A stretch of DNA of 64,000 nt from Candidatus Woesearchaeota archaeon. GTDB lineage: Archaea > Nanobdellota > Nanobdellia > Pacearchaeales > GW2011-AR1. Below are positions 1-9,551 of this stretch, one piece after another. The translations under genes were made by a program, and so were the position numbers. The stretch covers positions 82,523 to 146,522 of the forward strand of contig CAZETU010000001.1 of the NCBI GenBank assembly GCA_964514585.1, given 5' to 3'. Below the pieces are notes generated by a model. It was not told where the DNA came from and did not search any database. It saw only the letters and a list, made by a program, of their open reading frames with translations. The first letter of the stretch is position 1. Each line of letters begins with the position of its first letter.

Positions 1-540
1 TATATTAACAATCAAATCGTTCATTGTATCTCTTAAGCTTCCCTGTAATCCAAAACCAAAACCAATATTCAAAAGAAATTCAAAAACCTCCCACAAGACT
101 CCAAGAGCAAGGGCAAAACAAAAAACAAAAAAAGCAATTATCGCAGGGCTAGCCTTAATCACATCTTCATCATTCAAAACACAAAGCACGGTCAGACCAA
201 CAAAACCAAGAACAACGGAGGCGCCAAAATTCAATAAAACGCCCCACCACCAAAATTCAGAAAAAAATCCCATGGCTCCAATATAAATAAAAACACCGAA
301 GATAAACATTAAAATAATTACCTCTATCCCTGCAGGAAATTTAACGTTAAAAAAAGTCCTTAATGTCACAGGAAGGAAAGTAAAAAATAAACCAATAAGA
401 GAAATAACCAAAACCAAATCCCTCTCTACAAAAACAGAAATAAAAATCGAGATCAATAACATCAGACGAATGAAATCTACAATTACCAATCGGACTAAAC
501 TTGAAGATCCGTGCATTCTTTTTTTATAAAAATTTCTCAT
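1..540 (-). CDS. Integral membrane protein, 3'-partial (DUF2238/YjdF-like)
   Basis: Manual translation from ATG at 540 (MRNFYKKRMHGSS...) is open to the window edge. It has several TM segments and the motif ALGVLWEVFEF...GSLRDTMNDLIVNI. Not in the ORF track because it has no stop in the window. Confidence 0.7.
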   Translation of the reverse strand, partial: MRNFYKKRMHGSSSLVRLVIVDFIRLMLLISIFISVFVERDLVLVISLIGLFFTFLPVTLRTFFNVKFPAGIEVIILMFIFGVFIYIGAMGFFSEFWWWGVLLNFGASVVLGFVGLTVLCVLNDEDVIKASPAIIAFFVFCFALALGVLWEVFEFLLNIGFGFGLQGSLRDTMNDLIVNI

Positions 541-590
541 ATAAATAAAATCCTAATCAACTATAAAAAGATTATAGCGTTATAACATGA

Positions 591-1778
591 ATGTTCGCGC
601 TAGTTACCCCACTCCTTCTAGGCCTCCTCTCTGGAATTTTCACCGGACTAATCCCGGGCATCCACATAAACCTCATCGCAACAACCTTCCTAATCCTAAT
701 CCCAGCAACATTATTCCCAATAACATCTATTTTAATTTTCATAACATCAATGGCAATCACCCACACATTTATCGACTTCATACCATCAATTTTCTTAGGC
801 GCCCCCGACGACGATACTACACTTGGAGTTTTACCAGGACACGAACTCTTATTAAAAGGGCAAGGACACTACGCCCTAAAATTAACCCTCATCGGCTCAA
901 CCCTAGCAATCTTATCACTAATTTTCATCATACCAATTTTCATCTTCACCGTTCCAAAAATATATCCTTTCCTCCAAAAAATGATGGGCTTCTTTCTAAT
1001 TTGGGCAAGCATTCTATTAATCTCCCAAGACAAACAAAAAACAAAAGCTATAATGACTTTCCTACTAGCCGGCTTCTTAGGGATGTCGACACTAAACCTT
1101 AACATCAACCAACCAATCCTCCCACTCTTGACTGGACTCTTCGGAGCTTCAACAATTATTCACTCAATAAAATCCAAAACAAATATCCCTCCTCAAATAA
1201 TAGAAAAAAATAAATTCACAAAAAAAGAATTAGTTAAACCAGCCCTCGCAACAATAATCGTTTCTCCAATCTGCTCCCTCCTCCCAGGACTCGGAAGTAG
1301 TCAGGCCGCAATCATTGGATCAAAAATAACAGGCAAACTAAACAGAGAACAATTCCTAATTCTCCTCGGCTCTATAAACACACTAGTAATTTCAATCTCA
1401 TTCATCACACTTTTCCTAATCCAAAAATCACGAACCGGCGTCGCTGCAGCAATGTCGCAAATAACACAACTAACAAACACAAACCTTACAACAATTCTAA
1501 TTACAATTTTAATAACATCCATTCTCATAATCCCAATCACTCTCCAAATCTCAAAACTCTTCGCAAAAAACATCCACAAAATTTCCTACACAAAAATATC
1601 TGTTATACTAATAATTTTTCTAACAACAATTATAACAATCTTCTCCGGGTTCCTAGGCCTCCTGGTATTCGTAATCTCAACCACCCTCGGGTTAACCTGC
1701 ATCGAATTCAAAACAAACAAATCTCTCCTTATGGGATGCCTCCTAATCCCCACAATAATTTTCTATCTCCCTTTCTAA
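591..1778 (+). CDS. Tripartite tricarboxylate transporter TctA-family membrane protein (DUF112)
   Basis: GIFTGLIPGIHIN, FIPSIFLGAP, LPGH and LLPGLGSSQAA motifs; many TM helices. Confidence 0.85.
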   Translation: MFALVTPLLLGLLSGIFTGLIPGIHINLIATTFLILIPATLFPITSILIFITSMAITHTFIDFIPSIFLGAPDDDTTLGVLPGHELLLKGQGHYALKLTLIGSTLAILSLIFIIPIFIFTVPKIYPFLQKMMGFFLIWASILLISQDKQKTKAIMTFLLAGFLGMSTLNLNINQPILPLLTGLFGASTIIHSIKSKTNIPPQIIEKNKFTKKELVKPALATIIVSPICSLLPGLGSSQAAIIGSKITGKLNREQFLILLGSINTLVISISFITLFLIQKSRTGVAAAMSQITQLTNTNLTTILITILITSILIIPITLQISKLFAKNIHKISYTKISVILIIFLTTIITIFSGFLGLLVFVISTTLGLTCIEFKTNKSLLMGCLLIPTIIFYLPF

Positions 1779-1810
1779 ACATTTATTAATCAAAACCACT
1801 ATATACAAAC

Positions 1811-1978
1811 ATGGGAAAAGAGAGCGTCATCATCGGAGCCATAGGAATTCTAATAGGCGCAGCAATCTACATCAAAACAGGAGCCATCTCTTCGGCGCTA
1901 GTCCCAACAATTCTCGGAATCCTCCTAATTATTTTCTCAAAAGAAGAAGACAAAATAGAGAAAAGGAGGGATAAATAA
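1811..1978 (+). CDS. Small 2-TM membrane protein (55 aa)
   Basis: Manual ORF MGKESVIIGAIGILIGAAIYIK...EKRRDK*. Its stop overlaps the next ATG (TAATG). Confidence 0.65.
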   Translation: MGKESVIIGAIGILIGAAIYIKTGAISSALVPTILGILLIIFSKEEDKIEKRRDK

Positions 1979-2301
1979 TGGCAGAAATAATCACAACAAC
2001 AACCGATTCACTTCCGGGAAAAAAAGTAACACAAGTCTTAGGAATTGTAAAAGGGAGCACAATCAGGGCACGACACGTCGGACGAGATATTGCAGCCGGA
2101 TTAAAAAACCTCGTCGGAGGAGAAATAAAATCCTACACTCAAATGATTTCACAATCCAGAGAAGAAGCATTTAACAGAATGGTTAACGACGCAAATGACA
2201 GAAAAGCAGACGCAATCATAAACGTAAGATTCGTAACTGCAATGGTAATGCAAGGCGCAGCAGAAATCTTAGCTTACGGAACCGCAGTCAAGCTGAAATA
2301 A
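1978..2301 (+). CDS. YbjQ/UPF0145 family protein
   Basis: TTT..LPG, LGIV.G, LKNLVGGEI..Y, ADAIINVRF and AYGTAV motifs. Confidence 0.92.
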   Translation: MAEIITTTTDSLPGKKVTQVLGIVKGSTIRARHVGRDIAAGLKNLVGGEIKSYTQMISQSREEAFNRMVNDANDRKADAIINVRFVTAMVMQGAAEILAYGTAVKLK

Positions 2302-3604
2302 TCACAACCCCCAGCAATCTAAACAAAGTTTTTCACGAGGCAGACCTATAGCCTTTTCAAGAATCTCAACGTCAGCGAAATGCAAACCATCAAGCCCCCG
2401 AGTATCTCTAATCTCCTCAAGACTCATACATTTCGCAATACAATCCTCATCATTCTTAATTGATTTACCATACTTACAAGCAGCAACCAAAGGCGGGCAA
2501 GCAATAATAGCATGAACCTCCTTAGCCCCCAAATTCTTCAATCTCTGCGTCTGCTTCCGAGTCTGATTCCCCTTAACAATCGAATCATCAACAATAATAA
2601 TTTTCTTATCTTTAATCAATTCCTTAACGGGAATCAACTTTTCATCAGCAACCTGATGCTGTTCTTCAAGAGTACTTGGAGTAAAACTCCTTCCACTATA
2701 ATCAAATTTCTTAAAAACCTCTAAATAAGGAATCCCCGACGCATTAGCAAACCCAGTGGCATGACATCTCCCTGAATTCGGAATCGGAGAAACCAAATCA
2801 GCATCAATCTTGTATTTCTCCGCCATTAAAGCCCCAATTTTATTTCTAACAAGTTCAACACTTTTACCGTCAATAATAGATGCTGGATGTGCCGTATAAA
2901 TCCACTCAAAAGTACCATACCTAATATTTTTCAAATCAAACTGAGCAACAAAATTAATCCCATCCTCATTCAATAAAACAACCTCTCCAGGCCTAACATC
3001 TCTAACAATTTCAAACCCAGTATTAATAAAAGAAACACTCTCAGAAGACACCGCGTAACTCCCATCTTTCTTACCCAAAATCAAGGGCTTCCTCCCCCAT
3101 CCTCGCGCCGCATAAATTCCCTCAGGAGTAAGCGCAACCAAAGCAAAATCTCCCTTCACCTGCTCAAACAAACTCTCAATACCATTCTCAAAATTAAACT
3201 CTTTAGATATTATTTTAGAAATCAAAACAGCGTCACTAATTTCCTCAGGATTATGATACCCAGAAAAACTCGCCCCACCCTTCAATAGATTATTCTTCAC
3301 CTCAAAATAATTAAATATATTCCCATCAACACAAAGAATCATACCCCCCCCTCCTGGCTAATTCCGAAACAGGCTCTCTACTCCCAGAAACACAGGCTAT
3401 AGCATAGCTCCCCTTCATCCAATCTTCCTTCCTTGAAAAGTTTTCACGGAAAAGCCCTTTGTGTGTAGTATTCTTCAACTTTCCATTAGAATTTTTCCAT
3501 GCCAACCCACAATAGTCCTCACAACGATTCTGTAAATAAAAAACTCCAGAAAGAGCATCTCGAATACAATCTTTCTTAGAAACCACCCCAAAAATTCCTG
3601 ACAT
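2302..3604 (-). pseudogene. purF: Amidophosphoribosyltransferase-like gene, split by a frameshift at a G8 tract (3344-3351)
   Basis: N-terminal ORF 3326-3604 (MSGIFG...) and C-terminal ORF 2302-3342 (PRTase motif IIIVDDSIVKG, Fe-S cysteines CPP...CKYG...CLDC). G7 or G10 would fuse them as ...ELARRGGMILCVDGN. Confidence 0.8.
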
Positions 3605-3695
3605 AAAAGAAAAACGAGGAAACCCTATTTAAATAAAATTATCCTCCACTATCTACTTAAAAATAAAAAAATAAAAAAAATTAATTTGGTTTGGT

Positions 3696-4274
3696 TTAGT
3701 CCTTCCAAGCAGCAACGCCGATCAAAACTAAATGAGCAATTATTGACAACAAGTAAATAATTATACCAATTCCAGAGCCAGCAAGAAGAATCAAAAAGCC
3801 CAAAACAGAACCAATAATCGGAACAAGTATCCACCATCCTGGCTTACCTACTACCTCATATGTTTTCCAGTGCCAAATAATCGTCATTACTCCAAAAAGA
3901 ATAAATCCAACAATCATAATAGCCGGAGCTACAAAAAGAAACGCCCCTGAACCAGAAATACCCAATAATAGCAATATATAAGCAAGAACCGTTGATCCAG
4001 CAAGTGCCAAAAACGGCCACCATTTAGCTTTCGCAGCCTCAAAAATCACAGCCAAGGGTCCACCATAAGGCATCCACGCAATACCCGGACTTCCAATACT
4101 AGCTTTCTCTCCTATCTTAGAATAAGCAAGAGCAATATAAACATATATACCAAACCCGACCAAAATCATCAAAATTCCAAGACCCAACATAGGACCAAGA
4201 AGATTCAATGTCATACCGTCACCACCAGGAATCATGCTAGTCGCAAAACCTGTTAATCCATTAACAACATCCAT
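3696..4274 (-). CDS. Hypothetical integral membrane protein (DUF5684-like)
   Basis: 192 aa with several TM segments; AWMP and KPGWW motifs. Confidence 0.7.
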   Translation of the reverse strand: MDVVNGLTGFATSMIPGGDGMTLNLLGPMLGLGILMILVGFGIYVYIALAYSKIGEKASIGSPGIAWMPYGGPLAVIFEAAKAKWWPFLALAGSTVLAYILLLLGISGSGAFLFVAPAIMIVGFILFGVMTIIWHWKTYEVVGKPGWWILVPIIGSVLGFLILLAGSGIGIIIYLLSIIAHLVLIGVAAWKD

Positions 4275-4340
4275 AAAATATACCCCCTTTCACAGAATTA
4301 AGTATAAATCACATTATAAAAAACTATCCAATTCTTACAC

Positions 4341-5297
4341 TTACTTAAAATTCTTAGAAGCACTAAATAAAGCTAAAGTTTCAAACAAAAACACAGAGAG
4401 CCACCCCAAAGAAATCCCCCTACTAATCCAAATTAAAGAATTAAACCCACCCGTAAAAAACATTGTAATAATTTCCATAGGATTAGATAGTAAATAGAAA
4501 ATATATCCCAAAAACAATAAAGCAAATAGCCCAAAAATAATTCCCAAAATCGAAGAGACAAAAGAAAATTTAACTTTAGATTTAATAGACATAAGAGTAA
4601 CAGAGAAAAACCCACGAACCAAAATCATAAGAGCGAAAAATCCAAAAACAAGTATCATCTTCCAACCAATCAAAGAGGGTACTGCTGTGTTAGCAAAAAT
4701 GGAATCCACTCCCCCACCAATATCATCGGAAATCCCACCTAGGTTAACGGGCTCATAAGTTACAAGTCCAGTCATAGATGGATTAAGCCCAAACCCACTA
4801 ACAAGATTTTGTACATAAAAAACAAGCACTATAAATATAATCGCAGCCAAAGCAATAAAAATAATATTAATAATAGAGGAAACTCTCACCCACTTAGACT
4901 CTACCTTCTGCCCAATTTTAAAAAACCCAAAAAAGTAAAAGCCCAAAAGCACCATAAAAAACAAAGTAAGTAAAATCTGAACCCATATATTAATAGAACC
5001 CAAAGAAGGAGAAATATCAAACAGTTCAGCAATAAAACCAAGAGCCATTAACCCAACAAAAACACATCCAATAATAGCCGCAAACTTAATCCACTTAACA
5101 CCCTCAATTTTTCCACCCTTAGACTCCAAATGAGGAACTAAATCTTCAGACTCAGAATCCAATTTTTTAATAGCCTCATTACAATCAGCCTCAGAATAAC
5201 CCCTAGAAATAACCTGCTTCTTTAATTCCTCTAGGCCATATTTCTCTCTATTATCTTTCAAATAATTAAAAACAATATCATTCACCACACTAAACAC
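4341..5297 (-). CDS. Hypothetical multi-pass membrane protein
   Basis: 318 aa; short soluble N-terminus followed by about 7 hydrophobic segments. Confidence 0.7.
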   Translation of the reverse strand: MFSVVNDIVFNYLKDNREKYGLEELKKQVISRGYSEADCNEAIKKLDSESEDLVPHLESKGGKIEGVKWIKFAAIIGCVFVGLMALGFIAELFDISPSLGSINIWVQILLTLFFMVLLGFYFFGFFKIGQKVESKWVRVSSIINIIFIALAAIIFIVLVFYVQNLVSGFGLNPSMTGLVTYEPVNLGGISDDIGGGVDSIFANTAVPSLIGWKMILVFGFFALMILVRGFFSVTLMSIKSKVKFSFVSSILGIIFGLFALLFLGYIFYLLSNPMEIITMFFTGGFNSLIWISRGISLGWLSVFLFETLALFSASKNFK

Positions 5298-5325
5298 AAT
5301 AAAACATTAATTATAAATTTACCTA

Positions 5326-8300
5326 TCACTTAGCATCACAAGTCATCACATTCTTCGCGATAAACGAATTCCCATATTCCTCATCCTCAACATACTTCCC
5401 AGAAAGTTTAACCGCATCCCCTTCCTTAATCCGTCTATCACTCAACGCCTCACGAAAATCATTAGGGAAAACCGTCACCTTCAACTCACTCGATTTAGAA
5501 CTTATATCCATAAACGCCATATCATCCCCATTCTTCGTCACAATCTGCGTGTACCTTTTAACAATCCCAAAAATATCCGCCTCCATATCATGCTTCAAAC
5601 TTTCAAAAGAAGTAAAATCCCCATTCTTCGCCTCATGATAAGCATCAATCTGATGACCACTAACACAAGCACCCAAAAGTTCACATTCTAAATCCAATTT
5701 AACCTTCAATTTCATCGGCGGCAAATCCGGATATTCAACAACATTCGCAACCCCACCAAACAAAGTCATCTGTTTCTCGGCAGCGTTACTATGCTTCTCA
5801 ACCCTATCATAAACTTCCAATAAGCTCGCCCGATTAATCCCCATATCATCAAAACACCCAACACTAATCAAAGAATGGCAAACCCGCTTATTCACCTTCG
5901 ACAAATCAACCCTATTCACAAAATCCTGATAACTCTTATATGGTCGACCCTCCATAATCTTCACCATCGCTTCACCCCCTACATTCTTAATCCCAGACAA
6001 CCCAACACGAATCAATTTGCCCGTTTTAGATGGAGATTCGTCAGAATCTCCTATAGGGGGTACGCCCGTGCGTGTCTCACCATCGACTTCGGGCTCACCA
6101 GAGTCATGTCCGCCGAGGACCTCAACGCTAAAATCCTCCCGAGAAGTATTAATATCAGGATGCAAAATCTTAATCCCCTCACTTCTAGCCGACTCTAAAT
6201 AAAAGGCCAACTTATCAGGATCACGAATCGCCGACGAAATTGTAGCCGCAAAAAATTCAACAGGATAATATTTCTTCAAATAAGCAGTTCGATATGAAAT
6301 CAAAGCATAAGCGGCCGCATGACTTTTATTAAAACTATAAGCCGCAAACTTCACAATATCATCCCACAACTTATCAACAGCAACCCTCTCCATCCCCGAA
6401 TGATTTATACAACCATCCTTAAACTGAACCTCCATCTTATGCATCAAATCAATCTTCTTCTTCCCAATTGCCTTCCTCAAAACATCAGAATCCCCAGCAC
6501 TAAAACCAGCCAACGCCCTCGACAACTGCATCACCTGTTCCTGATAAACCATAATGCCATAAGTCGGCGCCAAAATTTTCTCAGCATTAGGATGAACATA
6601 AACAACCTCCTCTTTCCCTGCCTTTCGATTTGCATAAGCAGGAATATACTGCATTGGACCCGGACGATACAAAGCACCAATAGCAATAAGATCATCAAAA
6701 CGATCAGGCTGCACCTGTCTCAATGTCTTTCTCATTCCCTCACTTTCAAATTGAAAAACTCCAATACTTTTCTCTTCTCGCAACATCTTATAAACCGAAT
6801 CATCATCCATCGGCAAATTTTCCAACCACTTATCATCCTTACCAATCGCATCCAAAACTTTCTTAATAACATTCAAAGTCTCTAAGCCCAACATATCAAA
6901 CTTCACCAAACCATAAGTCTCAATATCGGGCCCCTCAACCTGAGTAATCACATCCCCATGCTTAGCATACGTCGGAATATATTCATTAATCCCTTCCTTC
7001 CCCCAAACAACACCACAAGCATGAACGCCCTTATGCCGGACACACCCCTCAAGCCTAGAAGCAATCTCAAAAATTTGCTTATACTTTTCTTTAAAATTAT
7101 TTAGCTGTGCAGCGTCATCAGTTGGCTTTCCATCCTCACGGCAAGCTTCCAAGCTTTTCTTAATCGTTTTCTCATTAACCAACTTGGTAATCGCATTAGC
7201 CTCTTCAAACGGAACCCGAAAAACCCTCATGACATCTTTCAAAACCGACTTCGCACTCATTGTTCCAAAAGTCCCAATCATCGCAATCTTTTCCTTACCA
7301 TACTTCTTCCGAACATAATCCAAAACAACATCCTTATCCCCAAAGTCAACATCAAAGTCTGGTAAAGAAATCCTATCAGGATTCAAAAAACGCTCAAACA
7401 ACAAACCCAACACCAACGGATCCAACTGCGTAATCCCAAGACTATAGGCAACAATCGAACCAGCACCACTCCCCCGACCAGGACCAACTTGACAAAATTT
7501 CTTAGCCTCCCGAATAAAATCCGCAACAATCAAAAAATAAGTCTCAAACCCCATCTTCCCAATAACGTCCAACTCAAAATTCATCCGGTCAATAGCCTCC
7601 TTGTAATTCTCCTTATCTTTATATCTTTCATCAAGTCCTTCTTTACACAACTTATACAAATAATCTTTATGGCTCATTCCATCGGGCGCGTCAAAATGTG
7701 GAAAAATAGGCTCACCCATATCCAACTCAACATTACACTTATCCGCGACCTCACAAGTATTCGAAATCCACTCCTGGTTATCTCCAAACTTCTCCAACAT
7801 CTCATCCTCGCTCTTCACCCAATAACCCTCTCCACTAAACCGAAACCGTTTCTCATCATCCATATTCCCATTCGTCCCAACCGCCAACATAACCTCGTGT
7901 GCATAAGCATCATCTTTTTTCAAAAAATGAGAATCAACCGTCGCAACAACCTTCAAACCATACTCCCCACCCATCCTCTTATAAAAATCAACGACCTTCG
8001 CCTCCTCGGCAATCCCATGATTCTGAACCTCTAAATAAAAATCCTCCTTCCCAAAAACATTAATATAATCTTCAATCAACTTTTTAGCCTTTTCTTCATC
8101 GTTATTATTAACCGCCCTAGCAATATCATTCGCAATACAAGCACTCATACAAATCAACCCCTTAGAATGTTTCCTCAAAAAATCCATATCAATCCGCGCC
8201 CGATAATAAAACCCCTCGTTATTAGCAGTCGAAACAAGCCGAACCAAATTCTTATATCCCTCTAAATCCTTAGCCAACAAAATCAAATGATAATTAGGCA

Positions 8301-8538
8301 TGTCCTTATCCCGCGACTTCATATCCTTAGTAACATAAGCCTCAAAACCAAAAATCAACTTCACTCCAGCCTTCTTAGCCAACTGATACTTCTTAACAAC
8401 CGCCCCCATATTCCCATGCTCAGTAATAGCAACCGCACTCTGACCCAACTCCTTAACCCGATCAAATAACTCAGAAATCTTCGTAGCCCCATCTAAAAGA
8501 GAATACTCAGTATGCAAATGCAAATGCGTAAATCCCAT
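5326..8538 (-). CDS. dnaE: DNA polymerase III alpha subunit (family C, bacterial DnaE type)
   Basis: PHP domain (HLHLHTEYSLLDG, TEHGN, GFEAY, YHLILLA, SAC, VDSH), GPGRGSGAGS, LLFERFLNPDR, catalytic PDFDVD, KFDMLGL, YQEQVM, FNKSHAAAY, clamp motif QMTLF and a C-terminal OB fold. Confidence 0.98.
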   Translation of the reverse strand: MGFTHLHLHTEYSLLDGATKISELFDRVKELGQSAVAITEHGNMGAVVKKYQLAKKAGVKLIFGFEAYVTKDMKSRDKDMPNYHLILLAKDLEGYKNLVRLVSTANNEGFYYRARIDMDFLRKHSKGLICMSACIANDIARAVNNNDEEKAKKLIEDYINVFGKEDFYLEVQNHGIAEEAKVVDFYKRMGGEYGLKVVATVDSHFLKKDDAYAHEVMLAVGTNGNMDDEKRFRFSGEGYWVKSEDEMLEKFGDNQEWISNTCEVADKCNVELDMGEPIFPHFDAPDGMSHKDYLYKLCKEGLDERYKDKENYKEAIDRMNFELDVIGKMGFETYFLIVADFIREAKKFCQVGPGRGSGAGSIVAYSLGITQLDPLVLGLLFERFLNPDRISLPDFDVDFGDKDVVLDYVRKKYGKEKIAMIGTFGTMSAKSVLKDVMRVFRVPFEEANAITKLVNEKTIKKSLEACREDGKPTDDAAQLNNFKEKYKQIFEIASRLEGCVRHKGVHACGVVWGKEGINEYIPTYAKHGDVITQVEGPDIETYGLVKFDMLGLETLNVIKKVLDAIGKDDKWLENLPMDDDSVYKMLREEKSIGVFQFESEGMRKTLRQVQPDRFDDLIAIGALYRPGPMQYIPAYANRKAGKEEVVYVHPNAEKILAPTYGIMVYQEQVMQLSRALAGFSAGDSDVLRKAIGKKKIDLMHKMEVQFKDGCINHSGMERVAVDKLWDDIVKFAAYSFNKSHAAAYALISYRTAYLKKYYPVEFFAATISSAIRDPDKLAFYLESARSEGIKILHPDINTSREDFSVEVLGGHDSGEPEVDGETRTGVPPIGDSDESPSKTGKLIRVGLSGIKNVGGEAMVKIMEGRPYKSYQDFVNRVDLSKVNKRVCHSLISVGCFDDMGINRASLLEVYDRVEKHSNAAEKQMTLFGGVANVVEYPDLPPMKLKVKLDLECELLGACVSGHQIDAYHEAKNGDFTSFESLKHDMEADIFGIVKRYTQIVTKNGDDMAFMDISSKSSELKVTVFPNDFREALSDRRIKEGDAVKLSGKYVEDEEYGNSFIAKNVMTCDAK

Positions 8539-8639
8539 CCTAAAAAAAACAAAAGACCCTTTAAATTTATTATCGTGCTACTAAATAATTACAAACAAAA
8601 AATATTATACAAAAAATTAATCTTTAAAAATTCACTTCA

Positions 8640-9134
8640 CTAATAACTAGAATCCCACTTACCAATACTATATTTCCTTTCAAAAAATTCCATAAACTCT
8701 TTATTGCTCGCTATATTTTGGAATATTTCATCTACGTCCATAGACCCTAATTTAGGATGATTTTTATATTTACTAGAAACAACCCTAAGGGGGTAGTTTG
8801 GATAAATTAACTTCAATAAATCAAATAATAGCTCAGTATCATGTAATTCATCACCATCTCCTTCGCCCAATAAATCTGCCTCCTCAACCCAATTTTCAAA
8901 TTCAGCTATTACTTTTGTTTGAGTTAAGGTATCCTTTCCTATGGTTTCTTTTTTAATCCAATCAATAATTTTTTTATGTAGTGATGGAATCATATGAGCA
9001 TGCTTACAACAACACCAAGAGCTCAAATAATTAAAAAATATTTCTGATCTATAATAATTTTCTTCATTTAAAAATTCTTCAACAATCTCCTCATCAACAA
9101 TAAAAATTTCCTTACTCTCTTTAGGAAATTCCAT
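8640..9134 (-). CDS. Hypothetical protein, possibly degenerate PIN-like domain
   Basis: 164 aa acidic ORF; IFIVDEE and DELHDTELL loosely resemble PIN acidic motifs. Confidence 0.6.
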   Translation of the reverse strand: MEFPKESKEIFIVDEEIVEEFLNEENYYRSEIFFNYLSSWCCCKHAHMIPSLHKKIIDWIKKETIGKDTLTQTKVIAEFENWVEEADLLGEGDGDELHDTELLFDLLKLIYPNYPLRVVSSKYKNHPKLGSMDVDEIFQNIASNKEFMEFFERKYSIGKWDSSY

Positions 9135-9140
9135 TATTAT

Positions 9141-9392
9141 TTAGAAATCAAACTTCTTATTAAGAAGCCCAGCACTTGAAATTGCATCTCTAAAACCATC
9201 TGTGGGTTTCTGTGCTCCTTTAATCTCTCTAGTAATCATTCTAAGTGGGGAATTCTTCACAACCATTATTTCTAAAAAATCCTCCATACCCATCTTTCTT
9301 GCAATTCTCTCCGCAGGAGAGATAGAACTACCTTTAACAATAGTAATACTCTTAACTTCCGAATCTTTATTTAATTCCATAAGATTTTCCAT
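9141..9392 (-). CDS. Hypothetical protein (83 aa)
   Basis: ORF ends 6 bp before the start of 8640-9134, an operon-like pair. Confidence 0.55.
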   Translation of the reverse strand: MENLMELNKDSEVKSITIVKGSSISPAERIARKMGMEDFLEIMVVKNSPLRMITREIKGAQKPTDGFRDAISSAGLLNKKFDF

Positions 9393-9551
9393 AGAATTTA
9401 TGATATAAACCTTTCGGTCACCCCTTTTATTAAATCACTACAAATATCTAACTTTAAAAAACTTATGATGAAATAATTTTTATTGTTAGAATTCATACTA
9501 TTTTCAGGTAACACGTGTATTTATATTTTTCTTTTTTATAGTACTATACAC

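Noticed and set aside
5326-8538. dnaE as simple bacterial contamination or prophage gene
   Set aside because: No bacterial or viral neighbours, and composition matches flanking archaeal genes. Disfavoured, though not excluded without reads.
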